From contig CANCPZ010000002.1 in assembly GCA_947380175.1 (NCBI GenBank), forward strand, positions 1 through 44,730: a stretch of 44,730 nucleotides of DNA, given 5' to 3'. The notes below the pieces were generated by a model. That model was not told where the DNA came from. It saw only the letters and a program-made list of their open reading frames with translations, and did not search any database. Numbering within the stretch: the first letter of the stretch is position 1; every line of letters starts with the position of its first letter. Of the stretch, positions 7,549 to 17,399 are shown piece after piece. This DNA comes from Bacteroidota bacterium. GTDB taxonomy: Bacteria > Bacteroidota > Bacteroidia > 2-12-FULL-35-15. The position numbers and the translations under genes were made by a program.

Positions 7549-9312
7549 TTATTTTTGAGTTTTTATTAAAAAATTATTTTTACTCCAAAGTTCGTAATTA
7601 CTTTTTTGATTTTCATTGGCAGCATTTTGTTTTTGAATGCGAACCGTTTTGTAATATGAATCAACTTTAGGTTGTATTAAAATTTGTTTAACAATTCCAT
7701 TTGTTGCTATTGTCAACAATTGTTTTGAATCGCCAAAATAATTAGTCCATTCAGAGAAATTAGTACCCGAAGAATCGGCTTTAATTTGAATCGTATTTAA
7801 AACAAGTATCTCATCGTTTATTGAAATACCAGCTTTATCAGCAACCGAATCAGGATAAACTGAAATTACCTTGCAAACGCCATTGGCTTCGGAAAGTTTT
7901 ATTCCTAAGCTTCGTTCATGAAATTTTGTTGAGAAATAAAAAACAAGATTCAAACCTAAATAATTCAAAGCATCTTTCAATACTGATTCGTAATCTACAG
8001 CCGAATAAATATAACCAAAAAACAGGCTTTCAAACGATTTATTTGCAAAACATTCAACCGCTCTTTTGTAATCATTTTCTGAATATCCTTTTCCTTTCAA
8101 TGCAAATTCGGTACACAAATAAAACATTACATCATCCAATGATTTTTTATTACCACTGCTTTTTCTAATAAAAACATCCGTAATAAAAGCTAACAAACAA
8201 CCTTCATCATAAATAGATGTTTTACGATTAGGAACCCCAGGAACATAACCATCAAGCCATGTATCGAAGGATGAATCGGCAACTGAAAGGTTAAATCGGC
8301 CAAAATTATCGAAATGTTTTTGTAATCGTTCTTCAAAAGTTTGAAAATATTGCTGCTCATTAAATACACCCGAACGAAACAATAAATAATCGCCATAATA
8401 TGTTGTTACTCCTTCACAAACATATCCCAATTTTGAATAATTTTCCTTTGTATAATCATAGGGGTACATTTCAACTGGACGAATGGTTTTAATGTTCCAA
8501 GCGTGAAATAATTCATGACAACTCACACCTAATAAATCCTCATACAAACTACCTTTCATTAAATTGTAACCAGGCCCAAGAGCAATAACAGTTGATGTTG
8601 TATGCTCTACACCATGGTATATTTTAGCTGGAAGTATCTGAAATAAAAAATGATATGCGTCACAAGGAAACGATTGCATCATTTCCAATTGTTCATTAAT
8701 AAATTTAGTAAAATCGCTTGAAAGCATTTTCCAATTTGGCTTACACTCTCCCTGAAACCAAAAATGAAATTCAATATCCTTGCAACTAATTTTAGTGTGT
8801 TGAATAGAATTACTTGCTATAAAAGGAGAATCGGCAAGCTCATGGAAATTTTCAAAATAAAGAGTTAAAGCATTACCCTTTTTTTGTTTAGCACCACAGG
8901 CAACACGATAATCGGCAGGTAAATGTAATTCCATTTCGCATAATTCATTTATACGTTCTGGGTTATACATGCAACAATTTACAGGATTCATATATAATTG
9001 AGCTGCATCCAAAAAGGTTGACCCTGCATTGATTTCAAAAGCAAAATAATTGTATTTTATATGAACCGTTGAAACACCTTTAGTTTCAACCTTCCAACAA
9101 TCCTTGGTGATTTTCTCAAATTTTAAGGCAATTCCATTTTCATCAAATGGTTCCCACTTTTGAACATTTTTGGCAAAATTACCTAATTCGTAACGACCTG
9201 GTCTCCATGCCGGAAGCTGAATTAATACTTCATCCTGATTTAAATTATAAAGTATAAATTCAATATCAATATAATGATGGTGTGGATTGACATAAGAAAC
9301 AATGTATTTCAT
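7549..9312 (-). CDS. M61 family (glycyl aminopeptidase-like) zinc metallopeptidase with a C-terminal PDZ domain
   Basis: HExxH zinc motif (CHELFHAWN) and an M61-like N-terminus MKYIVSYVNPHHHYIDIEF. PDZ-like segment GIKLSEANGVCKVISVYPDSVADKAGISINDEILVLN. The ORF-track start at 9375 adds 21 non-conserved residues; ATG 9312 is preferred. Confidence 0.85.
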   Translation of the reverse strand: MKYIVSYVNPHHHYIDIEFILYNLNQDEVLIQLPAWRPGRYELGNFAKNVQKWEPFDENGIALKFEKITKDCWKVETKGVSTVHIKYNYFAFEINAGSTFLDAAQLYMNPVNCCMYNPERINELCEMELHLPADYRVACGAKQKKGNALTLYFENFHELADSPFIASNSIQHTKISCKDIEFHFWFQGECKPNWKMLSSDFTKFINEQLEMMQSFPCDAYHFLFQILPAKIYHGVEHTTSTVIALGPGYNLMKGSLYEDLLGVSCHELFHAWNIKTIRPVEMYPYDYTKENYSKLGYVCEGVTTYYGDYLLFRSGVFNEQQYFQTFEERLQKHFDNFGRFNLSVADSSFDTWLDGYVPGVPNRKTSIYDEGCLLAFITDVFIRKSSGNKKSLDDVMFYLCTEFALKGKGYSENDYKRAVECFANKSFESLFFGYIYSAVDYESVLKDALNYLGLNLVFYFSTKFHERSLGIKLSEANGVCKVISVYPDSVADKAGISINDEILVLNTIQIKADSSGTNFSEWTNYFGDSKQLLTIATNGIVKQILIQPKVDSYYKTVRIQKQNAANENQKSNYELWSKNNFLIKTQK

Positions 9313-9525
9313 AAATAAAAATAGGTCTTTTGGTAATAGTTCTGGCGCTAATTTACAAAAAATGGTTAAATTCACTAATGATTGGTAATTTGTAAAACAA
9401 TGATAAAAAAGTGTTTCGTAAATTCGTGACCATTAGGTAATCGTAACCTAAAATATTTTGTTAATTTCGCATTTCACAAAACCATTTAATAGATTTATTA
9501 TTCTTAATATTTAATATTCATAAAC

Positions 9526-10914
9526 ATGAATTACGATTTAATAGTTATAGGAAGCGGTCCAGGCGGATATGTAGCAGCTATCAGAGCAGCTCAATTAGGT
9601 TTAAAAACTGCTATTATTGAACGCGAAAACTTAGGAGGTATTTGTTTAAATTGGGGCTGTATTCCAACAAAAGCGCTATTAAAAAGCGCACAAGTATTCG
9701 AATACCTAAATCATGCTAGTGACTATGGAATTAAAGTAAATGGTGGTGAAGCAGATTTTGGTGCAGTTGTAAAACGTAGCCGTGATGTAGCTGATGGAAT
9801 GAGTAAAGGCATTCAGTTTTTAATGAAAAAAAATAAAATTGATGTAATTACAGGAACTGGCAAAGTAAAAGCAGGTAAAAAAGTTGAAGTTATAGATGCT
9901 GAAGGCAAAGTAACTAATTACGATGCAAAACATATTATACTAGCTGTTGGGGCCCGCTCACGTGTACTTCCAAACTTGCCTCAAGATGGTAAAAAAATAA
10001 TCGGTTATCGCGAAGCGATGACTTTACCTAAACAACCAAAATCAATTTTAGTGGTTGGTTCAGGAGCTATCGGTAGCGAATTTGCATATTTTTATTCTAC
10101 TATGGGCACAAAAGTTACATTGGTTGAATACCTTCCAAGTATTGTCCCTGTTGAAGACTCTGAAGTTTCAAAACAATTGGAACGCTCATTTAAAAAAGCT
10201 GGAATAAACGTAATGGTTGAATCAAGTGTTGAAAGTGTTGATACAAAAGGGGATGGCTGTAAAGTAAAAATTAAAACAAAAAAAGGAGAAGAAATTATTG
10301 AATGTGATATCGTACTTTCTGCTGTTGGTATTCAAACAAATTTAGAAAACCTTGGCTTAGAAGAAGTTGGTATTGCTACTGATAAAGGAAAAATATTAAC
10401 TAATCCTTATTACCAAACCAACATGCCAGGTTATTACGCTATTGGCGATTGCGTTTCTGGACAAGCATTAGCACATGTTGCAAGTGCTGAAGGTATTATT
10501 TGTGTTGAAAAAATTGCAGGTCATCATCCTGAGGCATTAGATTATAATAACATTCCAGGATGTACGTATTGCCAACCAGAAATTGCATCTGTTGGTATGA
10601 CTGAAGCGAAAGCAAAAGAAGCAGGAATTGAAGTTAAAATAGGTAAATTTCCATTTTCTGCAAGTGGAAAAGCAAGTGCAGCAGGAGCAAAAGATGGTTT
10701 TGTAAAATTAATTTTTGATGCTAAATACGGTGAATTATTAGGTGCTCATATGATTGGCGCAAATGTTACCGAAATGATTGCAGAAATTGTTGTTGCTCGC
10801 AAATTAGAAATTACTGGTCACGAATTAATAAAAACAGTTCATCCTCATCCAACAATGAGCGAAGCTGTAATGGAAGCTGCTGCTGCTGCTTATGGCGAAG
10901 TAATCCATATGTAA
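9526..10914 (+). CDS. lpdA: Dihydrolipoyl dehydrogenase (E3)
   Basis: 462 aa. FAD site VIGSGPGGY, redox-active disulfide GGICLNWGCIPTK, NAD site VVGSGAIGSEFA, and the interface motif HPHPTMSE. Confidence 0.93.
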   Translation: MNYDLIVIGSGPGGYVAAIRAAQLGLKTAIIERENLGGICLNWGCIPTKALLKSAQVFEYLNHASDYGIKVNGGEADFGAVVKRSRDVADGMSKGIQFLMKKNKIDVITGTGKVKAGKKVEVIDAEGKVTNYDAKHIILAVGARSRVLPNLPQDGKKIIGYREAMTLPKQPKSILVVGSGAIGSEFAYFYSTMGTKVTLVEYLPSIVPVEDSEVSKQLERSFKKAGINVMVESSVESVDTKGDGCKVKIKTKKGEEIIECDIVLSAVGIQTNLENLGLEEVGIATDKGKILTNPYYQTNMPGYYAIGDCVSGQALAHVASAEGIICVEKIAGHHPEALDYNNIPGCTYCQPEIASVGMTEAKAKEAGIEVKIGKFPFSASGKASAAGAKDGFVKLIFDAKYGELLGAHMIGANVTEMIAEIVVARKLEITGHELIKTVHPHPTMSEAVMEAAAAAYGEVIHM

Positions 10915-10952
10915 ATTGCGAATAAATTGTAATTGCAAAAAAAACACCAAAG

Positions 10953-10988
10953 AAATAAGGAAATAAACGGATATTTATTTCCTTATTT
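10953..10988. terminator. Hairpin terminator between convergent lpdA and the membrane-protein gene
   Basis: 15-bp perfect inverted repeat aaataaggaaataaa / tttatttccttattt with a 6-nt loop. The right arm overlaps the last codons and stop (10975-10977) of the minus-strand CDS. The stem is AT-rich, so its strength is uncertain. Confidence 0.5.
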
Positions 10989-11706
10989 TTACCCAATAAG
11001 AAACTATTTTCATCAAAAGCACATCGCCTCCGGCATAAAAAAACACCGCTCCCATTGGAGGATTGGCCGTGGAAATGAGTCCGAAGGTATTGTGATTCCA
11101 TACCCAACATTTAAAATATGTACCTACCAATTCAATAAAAATTACACACAAGGCAATAAAACCATAAAGGTTTTGCCATTGTTTTCGCTTGAGTATCAAG
11201 AAAAAGAAAACTCCAAAAAACAATGAAAACACATCACCTAGAAATATCCCTACACTTAAAAAAAGTATAGAAAAAAACACAATAAAAATAATTCGCAAAA
11301 TTTTATCATTTCGGATTGCCCAAGAACTATGAGCTAGAACATAACCTGAAGCATACACAATGGAATGGCCTAAAGGAACATAAAACGGAATTAATTCGGT
11401 TCTGTAATGATACATCCCTAATAATTTACAAAACAGTAATTCGCCTAAATAGGAAAGGAAAATCATTATAAACATCAATTTTCTCAAAAACGAATTTGAT
11501 ACATAAAAGAAAATAGAAAAATAAAATAGTGCCAAAAAATTGGTTAATTGTCGACCATCAAAATGCTTTTCAAGAAAAGTTACTGAATCAATACCTAAAG
11601 CAATAATGGTAAAAAAGAAAAAAAAGAAGGCACAAAACAATTGCTTTTTATTATCAAAATTGTTGTCGTTAAAAATAATAGGAGTATTTATTTTTATTGT
11701 AACCAT
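10975..11706 (-). CDS. Hypothetical polytopic membrane protein
   Basis: About 243 aa, 6-7 hydrophobic helices, no family recognised. The ORF-track start at 11730 is TTG; the first ATG is at 11706 (MVTIKINT...). Either start is possible. Confidence 0.55.
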   Translation of the reverse strand: MVTIKINTPIIFNDNNFDNKKQLFCAFFFFFFTIIALGIDSVTFLEKHFDGRQLTNFLALFYFSIFFYVSNSFLRKLMFIMIFLSYLGELLFCKLLGMYHYRTELIPFYVPLGHSIVYASGYVLAHSSWAIRNDKILRIIFIVFFSILFLSVGIFLGDVFSLFFGVFFFLILKRKQWQNLYGFIALCVIFIELVGTYFKCWVWNHNTFGLISTANPPMGAVFFYAGGDVLLMKIVSYWVKIRK

Positions 11707-11744
11707 TAGGTAAAAAATATATTGAGTCAAATAAAAAAATGGAA

Positions 11745-12947
11745 CTACTTTTTCCGAATCGAAGCCATATAAAAACCGTCGAAACCCTCGCTTGGAAATA
11801 CTTTTCGATCTTCGATAAACTCGAATTCGTTTTTATTTTTTTGCAAAAACAAATCTACCTGATTTTGATTTTCACTTGGTAATATGCTACAAGTGGCATA
11901 AACCAAAACACCATTAGGCTTTAACATTTGCGAATAATTTGTTATAATTTCTTGTTGTTGAATTTTAATCTGATTAATAAATTCTAAATTCAATTTCCAT
12001 TTAGCATCCGGATTTCTTCTTAAAACGCCTAATCCAGAACAAGGAACATCTAATAATAATCGATCAGCAGTGTTTTTAAATTTATTTATGGTTATCGAAT
12101 TAATTAATTCTGTTTTAATAATTCCCACTCCTCCCCTTTTTGCACGTTTTTTAAGTTCAATTAATTTTCGGTCTTCCACATCCATCGAAATTATTTCCCC
12201 CTTATTTTCCATCATTGCTGCAATATGCAACGATTTGCCTCCAGCACCTGCACAAGCATCAATCACACTCATGCCTGGTTTTAACTTCATAAAAGGGGCA
12301 ATCAATTGCGATGATGCATCCTGTATTTCAAATAACCCTTGTTGATATTCATTTAAATGAGAGATGTTTTGTCGTTTTGATAGAACCAACGCATCCTGAT
12401 AATCGCCAATTACAGATGTCTCTATTGATTGTTCAGCAAGTAATTGTTGTAATTGAATAAAATTTGTTTTTAATGTGTTTACCCTTAAAATTACTTTTGC
12501 TTCTTTATTTAAATCGTGTAATTCTTTTTCCCAAACATCGGTACCTAATTCATAACAACCCAAATCATCCAACCAATCAGGAATAGACTCTCGATACTTT
12601 CTTACCTGTTTAGCTTGCTGATATTTTAAAAGTATTTTACTTTTATCTAATGCCAAAAACTCAGGCCATTGAGGTAATTCAATTTCATTAATAACACACC
12701 AGGTTCCAATAATTTTCCATATATCATCAGATGATTGCGTATCATTAATATCAGTTGACACCTCAAACATACGCCACCAACGAACTATTTCGTAGGTAGT
12801 TTCGGCAATAAATCGTCTATCGCGAGAACCCCAGCGAGCGTTTTGTTTTAATACTCGCTCAATTGCTTTGTCGGCATATATACCTTCAAAAAAAATCTGG
12901 TGGAGTGTTTCTGATACTGCTTGTACTAAGCTTCTATGAAGTTTCAT
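11745..12947 (-). CDS. RsmB/NOP2/Sun family SAM-dependent RNA (cytosine-C5) methyltransferase
   Basis: 400 aa. NusB-like N-terminal domain, SAM motif IDACAGAGGKS, and catalytic cysteine motifs LLDVPCSGLGVLRRNPD and VYATCS. Confidence 0.85.
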   Translation of the reverse strand: MKLHRSLVQAVSETLHQIFFEGIYADKAIERVLKQNARWGSRDRRFIAETTYEIVRWWRMFEVSTDINDTQSSDDIWKIIGTWCVINEIELPQWPEFLALDKSKILLKYQQAKQVRKYRESIPDWLDDLGCYELGTDVWEKELHDLNKEAKVILRVNTLKTNFIQLQQLLAEQSIETSVIGDYQDALVLSKRQNISHLNEYQQGLFEIQDASSQLIAPFMKLKPGMSVIDACAGAGGKSLHIAAMMENKGEIISMDVEDRKLIELKKRAKRGGVGIIKTELINSITINKFKNTADRLLLDVPCSGLGVLRRNPDAKWKLNLEFINQIKIQQQEIITNYSQMLKPNGVLVYATCSILPSENQNQVDLFLQKNKNEFEFIEDRKVFPSEGFDGFYMASIRKK

Positions 12948-13030
12948 TAAATAAATTTAGTCGTAAAAATACATAATACTTGTTTTATAAACCTTATAAA
13001 ATTGAGCTAAAAAATTGTATTTTTGATGTT

Positions 13031-13651
13031 ATGAATTTTTCATCCAAATTAATTGAAGAAGCCGTAAACGAGTTTAGCAAACTACCTGGTGTTGGCAAAC
13101 GTACAGCTTTACGCTTTGTTTTACACCTAATGAAACAAAATAAAAACGAGGTAAATCAGTTTGGAAATGCCTTTATAAAATTACGTTCGGAGTTACGCTA
13201 TTGTGAAAAATGTCATAATGTTTCCGATAAAATTTTATGTGAAGTGTGTGCAAATCCAAATCGCGACCATAGCACCATTTGTATTGTAGAAGATATTCGC
13301 GATTTTATGGCTATAGAAAATACGCAACAATATAGAGGAGCTTATCATATTTTAGGTGGAATTATTTCGCCAATGGATGGTGTTGGACCAAGCGATTTAA
13401 ATATTGAATCGTTAGTAAAAAAAGCGGCTAATGGCGAAATTAAGGAAGTGATAATGGCATTGAGTGCAACAATGGAAGGAGATACAACTAATTTTTACAT
13501 ATACAAACGATTAAAAGAATTTAACCTTACACTTTCTACCATAGCGCGAGGTATTTCTATTGGCGACGAATTGGAATATGCTGATGAAGTAACACTTGGT
13601 CGATCTATTGTTAACCGAACACTTTACGAAAAATCTATAACAGTTAAATAA
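13031..13651 (+). CDS. recR: Recombination mediator protein RecR
   Basis: Hh[14 protein letters not shown]4 zinc finger CEKCHN..CEVCAN, and Toprim ICIVEDIRD. The ORF-track start at 12980 is TTG; the conserved start is ATG 13031 ([12 protein letters not shown]...). Confidence 0.93.
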   Translation: MNFSSKLIEEAVNEFSKLPGVGKRTALRFVLHLMKQNKNEVNQFGNAFIKLRSELRYCEKCHNVSDKILCEVCANPNRDHSTICIVEDIRDFMAIENTQQYRGAYHILGGIISPMDGVGPSDLNIESLVKKAANGEIKEVIMALSATMEGDTTNFYIYKRLKEFNLTLSTIARGISIGDELEYADEVTLGRSIVNRTLYEKSITVK

Positions 13652-13787
13652 TATACTGATTAAATAGCAGAAGGATTTATGACAGGAAACAGAGTATAAT
13701 ACTGAAATTTTAACAAAAATTATTTCATCCAAAATAAAATCATTAAAAAACTGTCGCATTAACAGAATAATAATTTAGCACATCCAT

Positions 13788-15743
13788 TTGAAACTAACAG
13801 TAATAATAGTTAATTACAACGTTCAACATTTTTTAGAGCAATGTTTACATTCTGTGCGTAAAGCAATAAAAAATGTAACTGCCGAAATAATTGTTGTAGA
13901 TAATAATTCGGTAGATGGTTCGGTGGAAATGGTTAAAGAAAAATTTCCTAATTTACTTTTAATCGAAAACAAAAAAAACACAGGCTTTTCGTATGCAAAT
14001 AATCAAGCCATAAAAATTGCAAAAGGAGAATACATTCTTCTATTAAATCCTGACACGGTAGTTGAAGAAGACACCTTTGAAAAAGTTTTAAAATTTATGG
14101 ATTCGCATGCAGATGCTGGAGGCTTAGGTGTTAAAATGCTTGATGGGAAAGGGAATTTTTTACCTGAATCCAAAAGAGGATTGCCTACACCATCTGTTGC
14201 ATTTTATAAAATTTTTGGTTTATCAAAACTATTTCCAAAATCTAAACTATTTGGAAAATACCATCTTGGATTTTTAAATAAAGATAAAACGCACGAAGTA
14301 GAAATTCTTTCTGGTGCATTTATGCTTTTACGAAAAAACACATTGAATAAAATTGGATTACTTGATGAAACTTTTTTTATGTATGGCGAAGATATTGATT
14401 TATCATATCGAATTATTTTAGGCGGTTACAAAAACTATTATTTCCCAGAAACCCGAATTATACACTACAAAGGAGAAAGCACAAAAAAAAGCAGTATTAA
14501 TTATGTATTTGTTTTTTACAAAGCAATGGTAATTTTTGCTAAAAAACATTTTTCTCAAAATAATGCAAAATTATTTTCTATCCTTATCAACTTTGCTATT
14601 TATTTGCGAGCAGCCTTTGCAATTAGTATTCAATTTTTAAAATCAATTGCATTACCTGCATTTGATTTTGGAATCATGATGCTGGGGTTATGGTTTATTA
14701 AAACCGAATACGAAAAAAACATAAAATTTCTCGAAGGTGGCTCCTATTCAAATTCGCTTGTATCAATTGCATTTACAGCCTACATACTAATTTGGATGTT
14801 TACAGTTTACTTGAGTGGAGGGTACGACAAACCTGTCAGGTTATTTCGCATTTTAAGAGGTGTGCTTGTTGGTACGGGAACCATTTTAATTGCTTACTCC
14901 TTGCTTCCCGAAGCCTATCGTTTTTCAAGAGCTTTGATTTTATTTGGAATGAGTTGGGCGATATTTTCTTATATCATTTCGCGCCTAACTCTTCATATTG
15001 CTGGATTAAAATCTTTCAATCTAAATCCTGATAAGAGTAAACGAATTGCTATTGTTGGCAAGCAAAGCGAGTTTGAACGTGTTAACAGTTTATTAAAACA
15101 AACAAACATCAATACCAGTTTTTTAGGTTTTGTTAGCGCTGACAGTGATGGAATAAATCATTCGAATTATATTGGAAAGATTTCACAAATTAAAGACATA
15201 ATCGAAATTTACAAAGTAAATGAAGTTATATTTTGCTCTAGCGACATTTCTTCGCAAGAAATTATTGACTATATGCATACACTTGTTTCGGCTGAAGTTG
15301 ATTTTAAGATAGCGCCACCCGAAAGTTTGTCAATCATCGGAAGTAATTCTATTGATACTGCAGGTGATTTATATATCATTGATATAAATTCCATTTCAAA
15401 AGCTAAAAACAAACGAAACAAACGTTTGTTCGATGTGCTATCAAGTGCTTTATTTATAAGCTTTTCACCAATTTTAATTCTGCTACAAATTAATAAATTG
15501 GGTTTTATAAAAAACAGTTTCTATGTACTATTTGGTTTAAAATCATGGGTTGGATACGGAAACGAGAATAACGAACATCTACCAAAATTAAAACCTTCTG
15601 TACTTTCACCTATAGATGCGATTAGAAACGAAAACATTACCAATGAAACTCGAAACCGACTGCATTTAGTCTATTCCAAAGATTACAAAATTGAAAACGA
15701 TTTAAACATCGTTTGGAGGGCTTTTAAAAAGTTAGGCTTATAA
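13788..15743 (+). CDS. Fusion protein: N-terminal family 2 glycosyltransferase joined to a WbaP/WcaJ-like polyprenyl-phosphate glycosylphosphotransferase scaffold with a truncated catalytic domain
   Basis: 651 aa. The GT2 part has VIIVNYN, VVDNNSVDGS, LLLNPDT and FMYGEDIDLSYR. It is followed by a TM block, a Rossmann-like KRIAIVGKQ...VIFCSS...DFKIAPP segment, and KRLFDVLSSALFISFSPILILL (the start of a sugar-transferase domain). The distal motifs VLFGLKSWVGY and NDLNIVWRAFKKL follow. A TTG start is forced: an in-frame TAG lies at 13776-13778, and the first in-frame ATG would delete the VIIVNYN motif. Confidence 0.85.
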   Translation: MKLTVIIVNYNVQHFLEQCLHSVRKAIKNVTAEIIVVDNNSVDGSVEMVKEKFPNLLLIENKKNTGFSYANNQAIKIAKGEYILLLNPDTVVEEDTFEKVLKFMDSHADAGGLGVKMLDGKGNFLPESKRGLPTPSVAFYKIFGLSKLFPKSKLFGKYHLGFLNKDKTHEVEILSGAFMLLRKNTLNKIGLLDETFFMYGEDIDLSYRIILGGYKNYYFPETRIIHYKGESTKKSSINYVFVFYKAMVIFAKKHFSQNNAKLFSILINFAIYLRAAFAISIQFLKSIALPAFDFGIMMLGLWFIKTEYEKNIKFLEGGSYSNSLVSIAFTAYILIWMFTVYLSGGYDKPVRLFRILRGVLVGTGTILIAYSLLPEAYRFSRALILFGMSWAIFSYIISRLTLHIAGLKSFNLNPDKSKRIAIVGKQSEFERVNSLLKQTNINTSFLGFVSADSDGINHSNYIGKISQIKDIIEIYKVNEVIFCSSDISSQEIIDYMHTLVSAEVDFKIAPPESLSIIGSNSIDTAGDLYIIDINSISKAKNKRNKRLFDVLSSALFISFSPILILLQINKLGFIKNSFYVLFGLKSWVGYGNENNEHLPKLKPSVLSPIDAIRNENITNETRNRLHLVYSKDYKIENDLNIVWRAFKKLGL

Positions 15744-15958
15744 AACATAATGTTACATTTTATAAATCTAATAATTGGTTCAAAAACTTGACAGTAAACA
15801 ATATTTTATATTTTTTAAAAACATGTTTTAAATTTTACTAAACCTTTTATTGCAGCTTTTAGCTCTACTTTAAAATTAGGCCAAAACAATAAATAAAAGG
15901 TAATAAAGTCAACAATCAATTAATCGAATTCAAAATTCAATTACGTTCAAATTAATTA

Positions 15959-15966
15959 TACTTTTG
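15959..15966 (+). promoter_or_regulatory. Candidate -7 promoter box TACTTTTG upstream of glyA
   Basis: Matches TAnnTTTG, 28 nt before ATG 15995, in a 251-nt intergenic region. Confidence 0.4.
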
Positions 15967-15994
15967 CATAGCAATTTAAAATCCTAACTATTTT

Positions 15995-17266
15995 ATGAAA
16001 AAAGATACTGCTATTTTCAATTTAATAACAGAAGAAAAAAAACGTCAAACCATTGGTCTTGAACTTATCGCTTCTGAAAACTATGTAAGTGAAAGTGTTA
16101 TGAAAGCAATGGGTTCGGTACTTACAAACAAGTATGCTGAAGGCTTGCCTGGAAAAAGATATTATGGAGGTTGTGAAGTAGTTGACAAGATTGAACAATT
16201 AGCTATTGATCGAGCAAAAAAATTATTTAATGCCGAGTGGGTAAACGTACAACCTCACTCGGGTGCGCAAGCAAATGCTGCAGTTATGCTAGCCGTTTTG
16301 AAGCCTGGTGATAAAATACTAGGATTTGATTTGTCTCACGGAGGGCATCTTACACATGGCTCACCTGTAAATTTTTCTGGCAAATTATATGTTCCATCTT
16401 TTTATGGAGTTGACGAAAAAACAGGACGAATAGACTTTAAAAAAATTGAAGCCATTGCAATAAAAGAAAAACCTAAATTAATTATCTGTGGCGCATCATC
16501 ATACTCACGCGACTGGGATTATAAAAAACTGAGAAGTATTGCAGACAAAATTGGAGCTTTGCTAATGGCGGATATTTCGCACCCTTCTGGATTAATTGCC
16601 AGAGGTTTAATGAACGACCCGTTGCCCTTTTGCCACATTGTAACAACTACAACCCATAAAACATTACGCGGGCCTCGTGGAGGAATGATTATGATGGGTA
16701 AAGATTTTAAAAATCCTTGGGGAGAAAAAACACCAAAAGGAGAAATTAAGATGATGTCAACATTACTTGATTCTGGTGTATTTCCTGGAACACAAGGCGG
16801 TCCGTTAGAACATGTTATTGCTGCTAAAGCTATCGCTTTCGGAGAAGCGTTAGATGAAAGCTATATGAAATACTGCATTCAATTGATGAAAAATGCAAAA
16901 TTAATGGCACAATGCTTTATGGATAAAGGTTACAAAGTAATCTCTGGAGGAACTGATAATCATTGTATGTTAATTGATTTGCGCTCTAAAAACTTAACAG
17001 GAAAATTAGCAGAAAATACATTAGTAAAAGCTGATATTACTGTCAATAAAAACATGGTGCCTTTTGATGATAAATCACCATTTGTTACCTCAGGAATAAG
17101 AATAGGAACAGCAGCTATCACAACCAGAGGTATCAAAGAAAAACACATTCCGAAAATTGTTAATTTAATTGATAAAGTTTTGATGAATCACGAAAACGAG
17201 AAAGTACTTTTGGAAGTAAGAAAAGAAGTAAACAAATTAATGAAAGAATTTCCTCTTTTCGCTTAA
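15995..17266 (+). CDS. glyA: Serine hydroxymethyltransferase
   Basis: 423 aa. [11 protein letters not shown], the PLP-lysine motif [15 protein letters not shown], and [17 protein letters not shown]. Confidence 0.97.
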   Translation: MKKDTAIFNLITEEKKRQTIGLELIASENYVSESVMKAMGSVLTNKYAEGLPGKRYYGGCEVVDKIEQLAIDRAKKLFNAEWVNVQPHSGAQANAAVMLAVLKPGDKILGFDLSHGGHLTHGSPVNFSGKLYVPSFYGVDEKTGRIDFKKIEAIAIKEKPKLIICGASSYSRDWDYKKLRSIADKIGALLMADISHPSGLIARGLMNDPLPFCHIVTTTTHKTLRGPRGGMIMMGKDFKNPWGEKTPKGEIKMMSTLLDSGVFPGTQGGPLEHVIAAKAIAFGEALDESYMKYCIQLMKNAKLMAQCFMDKGYKVISGGTDNHCMLIDLRSKNLTGKLAENTLVKADITVNKNMVPFDDKSPFVTSGIRIGTAAITTRGIKEKHIPKIVNLIDKVLMNHENEKVLLEVRKEVNKLMKEFPLFA

Positions 17267-17287
17267 ATTTTCATACAAATTTTCATT

Positions 17288-17327
17288 AAAAAAACGCATC
17301 GAAATTTATTTTCCAATGCGTTTTTTT
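17288..17327 (+). terminator. Probable rho-independent terminator after glyA
   Basis: aaaaaaacgcat / atgcgttttttt inverted repeat (core CGCAU/AUGCG) around a 16-nt loop, followed by a T7 run. The large loop lowers confidence. Confidence 0.45.
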
Positions 17328-17346
17328 ATATTGCAAAATATTCCCT

Positions 17347-17354
17347 TATTTTTG
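17347..17354 (+). promoter_or_regulatory. Candidate -7 promoter box TATTTTTG upstream of the E2 gene
   Basis: Matches TAnnTTTG, 45 nt before ATG 17400 and directly after the glyA terminator. Confidence 0.4.
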
Positions 17355-17399
17355 TATCTTCACACAAATAATTTTAATTTTTAATTCCTCGAAAGGATT

